Shown in pieces: positions 1 to 11,125 of a DNA stretch of 64,000 nucleotides. The stretch is from Eledone cirrhosa (taxonomy: Eukaryota), in the NCBI GenBank assembly GCA_964016885.1, contig OZ024744.1, forward strand, positions 4,774,001-4,838,000. The letters run 5' to 3'. Position numbers and translations under genes: made by a program. Below the pieces are notes generated by a model. The model searched no databases. It saw only the letters and a list, made by a program, of their open reading frames with translations, and was not told where the DNA came from. The first letter of the stretch is position 1; each line of letters opens with the position of its first letter.

Positions 1-2267
1 GTTGGTAGCAGAGGTCTATCCTGGTAGACAGTGGTGTTGGTAGCAGAGGTCTATCTTGGTAGACAGCAGTGTTGGTAGCAGAGGTCTATCTTGGTAGACA
101 GTGGTGTTGGTAGCTGAGGTCTAACTTGGTAGACAGTGGTGTTGGTAGCAGAGGTCTATCTTAGTAGACAGTGGTGTTGGTAGCAGAGGTCTACCTTGGT
201 AGACAGTGGTGTCGGTAGCAGAGCTCTATCCTGGTAGACAGTGGTGTTGGTAGCAGAGGTCTATCTTGGTAGACAGTGAGGTTGGTAGCAGAGGTCTATG
301 TTGGTAGACAGTGGTGTCGGTAGCAGAGCTCTATCTTGGTAGACAGTGGTGTTGGTAGCAGAAGTCTATCTTGGTAGACAGTGAGGTTGGGAGCAGAGGT
401 CTATGTTGGTAGACAGTGGTGTTGGTAGCAGAGGTCTATCTTGGTAGACAGTGGTGTTGGTAGGAGAGGTTTATCTTGGTAGACAGTGGTGTTGGTAGCA
501 GAGGTCTATGTTGGTAGACAGTGGTGTTGGTAGCAGAGGTATATCTTGGTAGGCAGTGGTGTTGGTAGCAGAGCTCTATCTTGGTAGACAGTGGTGTTGG
601 TAGCAGAGGTCTATCTTGGTAGACAGTGGTGTTGGTAGCAGAGGTCTATGTTAGTAGAAAGTGAGGTTGGTAGCAGAGGTCTATCTTGGTAGACAGTGAG
701 GGTGGTAGCAGAGGTCTATCTTGGTAAACAGAGGTGTTGGTAGCAGAGGTCTATCTTGGTAGACAGTGAGGTTGGTATCAGAGGTCTATCTTGGTAGACA
801 GTGAGGTTGGTAGCAGAGGTCTATGTTGGTAGACAGTGGTGTTGGTAGCATAGGTCTATCTTGGTAGACAGTGGTGTTGGTAGCAGAGGTCTATGTTGGT
901 AGACAGTGGTGTTGGTAGTAGAGGTCTATCTTGGTAGACAGTGGTGTTGGTAGCAGATGTCTATCTTGGTAGACAGTGGTGTTGGTAGCAGAGGTCTATC
1001 TTGGTAGACAGTGGTGTTGGTAGCAAATATCTATCTTGGTAGACAGTGGTGTTGGTAGCAGAGGTCTATGTTGGTAGACAGTGGTGTTGGTAGCAGAGGT
1101 CTATCTTGGTAGACAGTGGTGTTGGTAGCAGAGGTCTATCTTGGTAGACAGTGGTGTTGGTAGCAGAGGTCTATCTTGGTAGACAGTGGTGTTGGTAGCA
1201 GAGGTCTATCTTGGTAGACAGTGGTGTTGGTAGCAGAGGTCTATGTTGGTAGACAGTGAGGTTGGTAGCAGAGGTCTATGTTGGTAGACAGTGGTGTTGG
1301 TAGCAGAGGTCTATCTTGGTAGACAGTGGTGTTGGTAGAAGAGGTCTATGTTGGTAGACAGTGAGGTTGGTAGCAGAGGTCTATCTTGGTAGACAGTGAA
1401 GTTGGTAGCAGAGGTCTATCTTGGTAGACAGTGAGGGTGGTAGCAGAGGTCTATCTTGGTAGACAGTGGTGTTCGTAGCAGAGGTCTATCTTGGTAGACA
1501 GTGGTGTTGGTAGCAGAGGTCTAACTTGGTAGACAGTGAGGTTGGTAGCAGAGGTCTATCTTGGTAGACAGTGGTGTTGGTAGCAGAGGTCTATCTTGGT
1601 AGACAGTGGGGTGGGTAGCAGAGGTCTATGTTGGTAGACAGTGGTGTTGGTAGCAGAGGTCTATGTTGGTAGACAGTGGTGTTGGTAGCAGAGGTCTATG
1701 TTGGTAGACAGTGGTGTTGGTAGCAGAGGTTAATCTTGGTAGACAGTGGTGTTGGTAGCAGAGATCTATCTTGGTAGACAGTAGTGTTGGTAGCAGAGGT
1801 CTATGTTGGTAGACAGTGGTGTTTGTAGCAGAGGTCTATGTTGGTAGACAGTGGTGTTGGAAGCAGAGGTCTATCTTAGTAGACAGTGGTGTTGGTACTG
1901 AGGTCTATGTTGGTAGACAGTGAGGTTGGTAGCAGAGGTCTATATTGGTAGACAGTGAGGTTGGTAGCAGAGGTATATCTTGGTAGACAGTGAGGTTGGT
2001 AGCAGAGCTCTATCTTGGTAGACAGTGGTGTTGGTAGCAGAGGTCTATCTTGGTAGACAGTGGTGTTGGTAGCAGAGGTCTATCTTGGTAGACAGTGGTG
2101 TTGGTAGCAGAGGTCTATGTTGGTAGACAGTGGTGTTGGTAGCAGAGGTATATCTTGGTAGGCAGTGGTGTTGGTAGCAGAGCTCTATCTTGGTAGACAG
2201 TGGTGTTGGTAGCAGAGGTCTTTCTTGGTAGACAGTGGTGTTGCTAGCAGAGGTCTATGTTGGTAGA
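1..2267 (+). repeat. Higher-order duplicated block, copy A (matches 5878..8144, offset 5877 bp = 168 monomers minus 3 deletions)
   Basis: The private variant CAGCAGT is at 64 and 5941, and GGGGTGGG at 1608 and 7485. The variant order is the same. The only difference I noticed is 1308 G vs 7185 T. The match ends at 2268 (C) vs 8145 (A). Confidence 0.9.
49..64. other. Short inverted repeat present in nearly every monomer (GTCTA-TCTTGG-TAGAC); example coordinates given
   Basis: GTCTA/TAGAC form a 5-bp stem, extendable by a T:G pair around a CTTG loop. The dyad is visible in the sequence, but folding or function is not shown. Confidence 0.6.
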
Positions 2268-5200
2268 CAGTGGTGTTGGTAGAAGAGGTCTATCTTGGTA
2301 GACAGTGGTGTTGGTAGCAGAGATCTATGTTGGTAGACAGTGGTGTTGGTAGCAGAGGTCTATCTTAGTAGACAGTGGTGTTGGTAGCAGAGGTTAATCT
2401 TGGTAGACAGTGGTGTTGGTAGCAGAGGTCTATGTTGGTAGACAGTGGTGTTGATAGCAGAGGTTAATCTTGGTAGACAGTGGTGTTGGTAGCAGAGGTC
2501 TATTTTGGTAGACAGTGGTGTTGGTAGAAGAGGTCTATCTTGGTAGACAGTGGTGTTGGTAGCAGAGATCTATGTTGGTAGACAGTGGTGTTGGTAGCAG
2601 AGGTCTATCTTAGTAGACAGTGGTGTTGGTAGCAGAGGTCTATCTTGGTAGACAGTGAAGTTGGTAGCAGAGGTCTATCTTGGTAGACAGTGAGGTTGGT
2701 AGCAGAGGTCTATCTTGGTAGACAGTGGTGTTGGTAGCAGAGGTCTATCTTGGTAGACAGTGAGGTTGGTAACAGAGGTCTATCTTGGTAGACAGTGGTG
2801 TTGTAGCAGAGGTCTATCTCGGTAGACAGTGAAGTTGGTAGCAGAGGTCTATGCTGGTAGACAGTGGTGTTGGTAGCAGAGGTCTATCTTGGTAGACAGT
2901 GGTGTTGGTAGCAGAGGTCTATCTTGGTAGACAGTGCTGTTGGTAGCAGAGGTCTATGTTGGTAGACAGTGAGGTTGGTAGCAGAGGTCTATCTTGGTAG
3001 ATAGTGATGTTGGTAGCAGAGGTCTATCTTGGTAGACAGTGAGGTTGGTATGAGAGGTCTATCTTGGTAGACAGTGGTGTTGGTAGCAGAGGTCTATCTT
3101 GGTAGATAGTGAGGTTGGTAGTAGAGGTCTATGTTGGTAGACATTGGTGTTGGTAGCAGAGTTCTATCTTGGTAGACAGTGGTGTTGGTAATAGAGGTCT
3201 ATCTTGGTAGACAGTGGTGTTGGTAGCAGATGTCTATCTTGGTAGACAGTGGTGTTGGTAGCAGAGGTCTATCTTGGTAGACAGTGGTGTTGGTAGCAGA
3301 GGTCTATCTTGGTAGACAGTGGTGTTGGTAGCAGAGGTTTATCTTGGTAGACAGTGGTGTTGGTAGCATATGTCTATCTTGGTAGACAGTGGTGTTGGTA
3401 GCAGAGGTCTTTCTTGGTAGACAGTGGTGTTGGTAGCAGAGGTCTATGTTGGTAGAAAGTGAGGTTGGTAGCAGAGGTCTATCTTGGTAGACAGTGGTGT
3501 TGGTAGCAGAGGTCTATCTTGGTAGACAGTGATGTTGGTAGAAGAGGTCTATGTTGGTAGAAAGTGAGGTTGGTAGCAGAGGTCTATCTTGGTAGACAGT
3601 GGTGTTGGTAGCAGAGGTTTATATTGGTAGACAGTGGTGTTGGTAGCAGAGGTTTATCTTGGTAGACATTGAGGTTGGTAGCAGAGGTCTATCTTGGTAG
3701 ACAGTGGTGTTGGTAGCAGAGGTCTATGTTGGTAGACAGTGGAGTTGGTAGCAGAGGTCTATCTTGGTAGACAGTGGTGTTGGTAGCAGAGGTCTATATT
3801 GGTAGACAGTGGTGTTGGTAGCAGAGGTCTATCTTGGTAGACAGTGAGGTTGGTAGCAGAGGTCTATCTTCGTAGACAGTGAGGTTGGTAGCAGAGGTCT
3901 ATCTTGGTAGACAGTGGTGTTGGTAGCAGAGGTCTATGTTGGTAGACAGTGAGGTTGGTAGCAGAGGTCTATCTTGGTAGACAGTGAAGTTGGTAGCAGA
4001 GGTCTATCTTGGTAGACAGTGAGGGTGGTAGCAGAGGTCTATCTTGGTAGACAGTGGTGTTCGTAGCAGAGGTCTATCTTGGTAGACAGTGGTGTTGGTA
4101 GCAGAGGTCTATCTTGGTAGACAGTGAGGTTGGTAGCAGAGGTCTATCTTGGTAGACAGTGGTGTTGGTAGCAGAGGTCTATCTTGGTAGACAGTGGGGT
4201 GGGTAGCAGAGGTCTATCTTGGTAGACAGTGGTGTTGGTAGCAGAGGTCTATCTTGGTAGACAGTGGTGTTGGTAGCAGAGGTCTATGTTGGTAGACAGT
4301 GGTGTTGGTAGCAGAGGTTAATCTTGGTAGACAGTGGTGTTGGTAGCAGAGGTCTATCTTGGTAGACAGTGGTGTTGGTAGCAGAGATCTATCTTGGTAG
4401 ACAGTAGTGTTGGTAGCAGAGGTCTATGTTGGTAGACAGTGGTGTTTGTAGCAGAGGTCTATGTTGGTAGACAGTGGTGTTGGAAGCAGAGGTCTATCTT
4501 AGTAGACAGTGGTGTTGGTACATAGGTCTATGTTGGTAGACAGTGAGGTTGGTAGCAGAGGTCTATATTGGTAGACAGTGAGGTTGGTAGCAGAGGTCTA
4601 TCTTGGTAGACAGTGAGGTTGGTAGCAGAGCTCTATCTTGGTAGAAAGTGGTGTTGGTAGCAGAGGTCTATGTTGGTAGACAGTGGTGTTGGTAGCAGAG
4701 GTTTATCTTGGTAGACAGTGGTGTTGGTAGCAGAGGTCTATGTTGGTAGATAGTGGTGTTGGTAGCAGAGGTATATCTTGGTAGGCAGTGGTGTTGGTAG
4801 CAGAGCTCTATCTTGGTAGACAGTGGTGTTGGTAGCAGAGGTCTTTCTTGGTAGACAGTGGTGTTGCTAGCAGAGGTCTATGTTGGTAGAAAGTGAGGTT
4901 GGTAGCTGAGGTCTATGTTGGTAGACAGTGGTGTTGGTAGCAGAAGTCTATCTTGGTAGACAGTGAGGTTGTTAGCAGAGGTCTATGTTGGTAGACATTG
5001 GTGTTGGTAGCAGAGTTCTATCTTGGTAGACAGTGGTGTTGGTAGCAGAGGTCTATGTTGGTAGACAGTGGTGTTGGTAATAGAGGTCTATTTTGGTAGA
5101 CAGTGGTGTTGGTAGCAGAGGTCTATCTTGGTAGACAGTGGTGTTGGTAGCAGAGGTCGATCTTGGTAGACAGTGGTGTTGGTAGCAGAGGTCTATCTTG

Positions 5201-5877
5201 GTAGACAGTGGTGTTGGTAGCAGATGTCTATCTTGGTAGACAGTGGTGTTGGTAGCAGAGATCTATCTTGGTAGACAGTGGTGTTGGTAGCAGAGGTCGA
5301 TCTTGGTAGACAGTGGTGTTGGTAGCAGAGGTCGATCTTGGTAGACAGTGGTGTTGGTAGCAGAGGTCTATCTTGGTAGACAGTGGTGTTGGTAGCAGAG
5401 GTCTATGTTGGTAGACAGTGGTGTTGGTAGCAGAGGTATATCTTGGTAGGCAGTGGTGTTGGTAGCAGAGCTCTATCTTGGTAGACAGTGGTGTTGGTAG
5501 CAGAGGTCTATCTTGGTAGACAGTGGTGTTGGTAGCAGAGGTCTTTCTTGGTAGACAGTGGTGTTGGTAGCAGAGGTCTATGTTGGTAGAAAGTGAGGTT
5601 GGTAGCAGAGGTCTATCTTGGTAGAAAGTGGTGTTGGTAGGAGAGGTCAATCTTGGTAGACAGTGGTGTTGGTAGCAGAGGTCTATCTTGGTAGACAGTG
5701 GTGTTGGTAGCAGAGGTCTATATTGGTAGACAGTGGTGTTGGTAGCAGATGTCTATCTTGGTAGACAGTGGTGTTGGTAGCAGAGGTCTATCTTGGTAGA
5801 CAGTGGTGGTGGTAGCAGAGGTCTATCTTGTTAGACAGTGTTGTTGGTAGCAGAGGTCTATCTTAGTAGACAGTGGT

Positions 5878-8144
5878 GTTGGTAGCAGAGGTCTATCCTG
5901 GTAGACAGTGGTGTTGGTAGCAGAGGTCTATCTTGGTAGACAGCAGTGTTGGTAGCAGAGGTCTATCTTGGTAGACAGTGGTGTTGGTAGCTGAGGTCTA
6001 ACTTGGTAGACAGTGGTGTTGGTAGCAGAGGTCTATCTTAGTAGACAGTGGTGTTGGTAGCAGAGGTCTACCTTGGTAGACAGTGGTGTCGGTAGCAGAG
6101 CTCTATCCTGGTAGACAGTGGTGTTGGTAGCAGAGGTCTATCTTGGTAGACAGTGAGGTTGGTAGCAGAGGTCTATGTTGGTAGACAGTGGTGTCGGTAG
6201 CAGAGCTCTATCTTGGTAGACAGTGGTGTTGGTAGCAGAAGTCTATCTTGGTAGACAGTGAGGTTGGGAGCAGAGGTCTATGTTGGTAGACAGTGGTGTT
6301 GGTAGCAGAGGTCTATCTTGGTAGACAGTGGTGTTGGTAGGAGAGGTTTATCTTGGTAGACAGTGGTGTTGGTAGCAGAGGTCTATGTTGGTAGACAGTG
6401 GTGTTGGTAGCAGAGGTATATCTTGGTAGGCAGTGGTGTTGGTAGCAGAGCTCTATCTTGGTAGACAGTGGTGTTGGTAGCAGAGGTCTATCTTGGTAGA
6501 CAGTGGTGTTGGTAGCAGAGGTCTATGTTAGTAGAAAGTGAGGTTGGTAGCAGAGGTCTATCTTGGTAGACAGTGAGGGTGGTAGCAGAGGTCTATCTTG
6601 GTAAACAGAGGTGTTGGTAGCAGAGGTCTATCTTGGTAGACAGTGAGGTTGGTATCAGAGGTCTATCTTGGTAGACAGTGAGGTTGGTAGCAGAGGTCTA
6701 TGTTGGTAGACAGTGGTGTTGGTAGCATAGGTCTATCTTGGTAGACAGTGGTGTTGGTAGCAGAGGTCTATGTTGGTAGACAGTGGTGTTGGTAGTAGAG
6801 GTCTATCTTGGTAGACAGTGGTGTTGGTAGCAGATGTCTATCTTGGTAGACAGTGGTGTTGGTAGCAGAGGTCTATCTTGGTAGACAGTGGTGTTGGTAG
6901 CAAATATCTATCTTGGTAGACAGTGGTGTTGGTAGCAGAGGTCTATGTTGGTAGACAGTGGTGTTGGTAGCAGAGGTCTATCTTGGTAGACAGTGGTGTT
7001 GGTAGCAGAGGTCTATCTTGGTAGACAGTGGTGTTGGTAGCAGAGGTCTATCTTGGTAGACAGTGGTGTTGGTAGCAGAGGTCTATCTTGGTAGACAGTG
7101 GTGTTGGTAGCAGAGGTCTATGTTGGTAGACAGTGAGGTTGGTAGCAGAGGTCTATGTTGGTAGACAGTGGTGTTGGTAGCAGATGTCTATCTTGGTAGA
7201 CAGTGGTGTTGGTAGAAGAGGTCTATGTTGGTAGACAGTGAGGTTGGTAGCAGAGGTCTATCTTGGTAGACAGTGAAGTTGGTAGCAGAGGTCTATCTTG
7301 GTAGACAGTGAGGGTGGTAGCAGAGGTCTATCTTGGTAGACAGTGGTGTTCGTAGCAGAGGTCTATCTTGGTAGACAGTGGTGTTGGTAGCAGAGGTCTA
7401 ACTTGGTAGACAGTGAGGTTGGTAGCAGAGGTCTATCTTGGTAGACAGTGGTGTTGGTAGCAGAGGTCTATCTTGGTAGACAGTGGGGTGGGTAGCAGAG
7501 GTCTATGTTGGTAGACAGTGGTGTTGGTAGCAGAGGTCTATGTTGGTAGACAGTGGTGTTGGTAGCAGAGGTCTATGTTGGTAGACAGTGGTGTTGGTAG
7601 CAGAGGTTAATCTTGGTAGACAGTGGTGTTGGTAGCAGAGATCTATCTTGGTAGACAGTAGTGTTGGTAGCAGAGGTCTATGTTGGTAGACAGTGGTGTT
7701 TGTAGCAGAGGTCTATGTTGGTAGACAGTGGTGTTGGAAGCAGAGGTCTATCTTAGTAGACAGTGGTGTTGGTACTGAGGTCTATGTTGGTAGACAGTGA
7801 GGTTGGTAGCAGAGGTCTATATTGGTAGACAGTGAGGTTGGTAGCAGAGGTATATCTTGGTAGACAGTGAGGTTGGTAGCAGAGCTCTATCTTGGTAGAC
7901 AGTGGTGTTGGTAGCAGAGGTCTATCTTGGTAGACAGTGGTGTTGGTAGCAGAGGTCTATCTTGGTAGACAGTGGTGTTGGTAGCAGAGGTCTATGTTGG
8001 TAGACAGTGGTGTTGGTAGCAGAGGTATATCTTGGTAGGCAGTGGTGTTGGTAGCAGAGCTCTATCTTGGTAGACAGTGGTGTTGGTAGCAGAGGTCTTT
8101 CTTGGTAGACAGTGGTGTTGCTAGCAGAGGTCTATGTTGGTAGA
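5878..8144 (+). repeat. Higher-order duplicated block, copy B (matches 1..2267; related copies start at 11126, 20851 and 31215)
   Basis: Same ordered variants as 1..2267 (CTATCCTGG, GCTGAGGTCTAAC, CTACC, GTCGG/GAGCTC, GGGAGC, GGTAAACAGAGG, CAAATATC, GGGGTGGG, GGTACTGAGG). Confidence 0.9.
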
Positions 8145-11125
8145 AAGTGAGGTTGGTAGCTGAGATCTATGTTGGTAGACAGTGGTGTTGGTAGCAGAAG
8201 TCTATCTTGGTAGACAGTGAGGTTGGTAGCAGAGGTCTATCTTGGTAGACAGTGGTGTTGGTAGCAGAGGTCTATCTTGGTAGATAGTGGTGTTGGTAGC
8301 AGAGGTCTATCTTGGTAGACAGTGGTGTTGGTAGCAGAAGTCTATCTTGGTAGACAGTGGTGTTGGTAGCAGAGGTCTATCTTGGTAGACAGTGGTGTTG
8401 CTAGCAGAGGTCTATCTTGGTAGACAGTGGTGTTGCTAGCAAAGGTCTATGTTGGTAGACAGTGAGGTTGGTAGCAGAGGTCTATCTTGGTAGACAGTGA
8501 GGGTGGTTGCAGAGGTCTATCTTGGTAGACAGTGGTGTTGGTAGCAGAGGTCTATCTTGGTAGACAGTGAGGTTGGTATCAGAGGTCTATCTTGGTAGAC
8601 AGTGAGGTTGGTAGCAGAGGTCTATGTTGGTAGACAGTGGTGTTGGTAGCATAGGTCTATCTTGGTAGACAGTGGTGTTGGTAGCAGAGGTCTATGTTGG
8701 TAGACAGTGGTGTTGGTAGTAGAGGTCTATCTTGGTAGACAGTGGTGTTGGTAGCAGATGTCTATCTTGGTAGACAGTGGTGTTGGTAGCAGAGGTCTAT
8801 CTTGGTAGACAGTGGTGTTGGTAGCAGATATCTATCTTGGTAGACAGTGGTGTTGGTAGCAGAGGTCTATGTTGGTAGACAGTGGTGTTGGTAGCAGAGG
8901 TCTATCTTGGTAGTCAGTGGTGTTGGTAGCAGAGGTCTATCTTGGTAGACAGTGGTGTTGGTAGCAGAGGTCTATGTTGGTAGACAGTGAGGTTGGTAGC
9001 AGAGGTCTATCTTGGTAGACAGTGGTGTTGGTAGAAGAGGTCTATGTTGGTAGACAGTGAGGTTGGTAGCAGAGGTTTATCTTGGCAGACAGTGAGGTTG
9101 GTAGCAGAGGTCTATCTTGGTAGACAGTGGTGTTGGTAGCAGAGGTCTATCTTGGTAGACAGTGAGGTTGGTAGCAGATGTCTATCTTGGTAGACAGTGG
9201 TGTTGGTAGCAGAGATCTATCTTGGTAGACAGTGAGGTTGGTAGCAGAGGTCTATCTTGGTAGACAGTGGTGTTGGTAGCAGAGGTCTATCTTGGTAGAC
9301 AGTGGTGTTGGTAGCAGAGGTCTATGTTGGTAGACAGTGGTGTTGATAGCAGAGGTTAATCTTGGTAGACAGTGGTGTTGGTAGCAGAGGTCTATCTTGG
9401 TAGACAGTGGTGTTGGTAGCAGAGGTCTATCTTGGTAGACAGTGGTGTTGGTAGCAGAGGTCTATGTTGGTAGACAGTGGTGTTTGTAGCAGAGGACTAT
9501 GTTGGTAGACAGTGGTGTTGGTAGCAGAGGTCTATCTTGGTAGACATTGAGGTTGGTAGCAGAGGTCTATCTTGGTAGACAGTGGTGTTGGTAGCAGAGA
9601 TCTATGTTGGTAGACAGTGGTGTTGGTAGCAGAGGTCTATCTTAGTAGACAGTGGTGTTGGTAGCAGAGGTCTATCTTGGTAGACAGTGAAGTTGGTAGC
9701 AGAGGTCTATCTTGGTAGACAGTGAGGTTGGTAGCAGAGGTCTATCTTGGTAGACAGTGGTGTTGGTAGCAGAGGTCTATCTTGGTAGACAGTGAGGTTG
9801 GTAACAGAGGTCTATCTTGGTAGACAGTGGTGTTGTAGCAGAGGTCTATCTCGGTAGACAGTGAGGTTGGTAGCAGAGGTCTATGCTGGTAGACAGTGGT
9901 GTTGGTAGCAGAGGTCTATCTTGGTAGACAGTGGTGTTGGTAGCAGAGGTCTATCTTGGTAGACAGTGGTGTTGGTAGCAGAGGTCTATGTTGGTAGACA
10001 GTGAGGTTGCTAGCAGAGGTCTATCTTGGTAGACAGTGGTGTTGGTAGCAGAGGTCTATCTTGGTAGACAGTGAGGTTGGTATCAGAGGTCTATCTTGGT
10101 AGACAGTGGTGTTGGTAGCAGAGGTCTATGTTGGTAGACAGTGGTGTTGGTAGCAGAGGTCTATCTTGGTAGATAGTGAGGTTGGTAGTAGAGGTCTATG
10201 TTGGTAGACATTGGTGTTGGTAGCAGAGTTCTATCTTGGTAGACAGTGGTGTTGGTAGCAGAGGTCTATGTTGGTAGACAGTGGTGTTGGTAATAGAGGT
10301 CTATCTTGGTAGACAGTGGTGTTGGTAGCAGATGTCTATCTTGGTAGACAGTGGTGTTGGTAGCAGAGGTCTATCTTGGTAGACAGTGGTGTTGGTAGCA
10401 GATGTCGATCTTGGTAGACAGTGGTGTTGGTAGCAGAGGTCTATCTTGGTAGACAGTGGTGTTGGTAGCAGATGTCTATCTTGGTAGACAGTGGTGTTGG
10501 TAGCAGAGATCTATCTTGGTAGACAGTGGTGTTGGTAGCAGAGGTCGATCTTGGTAGACAGTGGTGTTGGTAGCAGAGGTCGATCTTGGTAGACAGTGGT
10601 GTTGGTAGCAGAGGTCTATCTTGGTAGACAGTGGTGTTGGTAGCAGAGGTCTATGTTGGTAGACAGTGGTGTTGGTAGCAGAGGTATATCTTGGTAGGCA
10701 GTGGTGTTGGTAGCAGAGCTCTATCTTGGTAGACAGTGGTGTTGGTAGCAGAGGTCTATCTTGGTAGACAGTGGTGTTGGTAGCAGAGGTCTTTCTTGGT
10801 AGACAGTGGTGTTGGTAGCAGAGGTCTATGTTGGTAGAAAGTGAGGTTGGTAGCAGAGGTCTATCTTGGTAGAAAGTGGTGTTGGTAGGAGAGGTCTATC
10901 TTGGTAGACAGTGGTGTTGGTAGCAGAGGTCTATCTTGGTAGACAGTGGTGTTGGTAGCAGAGGTCTATATTGGTAGACAGTGGTGTCGGTAGCAGATGT
11001 CTATCTTGGTAGACAGTGGTGTTGGTAGCAGAGGTCTATCTTGGTAGATAGTGGTGGTGGTAGCAGAGGTCTATCTTGTTAGACAGTGTTGTTGGTAGCA
11101 GAGGTCTATCTTAGTAGACAGTGGT

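Noticed and set aside
950-985. Resemblance of GATGTCTA...CTTGGT and TGGTGT to long yeast telomeric repeats (Candida-type 23-mers)
   Set aside because: Only short motifs match, and partly only in variant monomers. A 35-bp unit, a length over 64 kb and kb-scale duplicated variant patterns indicate recombinational amplification and not telomerase synthesis.
5228-5650. 140-aa ORF on the minus strand as a real CDS
   Set aside because: It is a translation of the satellite through its three frames. The start is a non-ATG codon created by a variant, there is no unique flanking or regulatory context, and the length is explained by a few mutated TAG codons.
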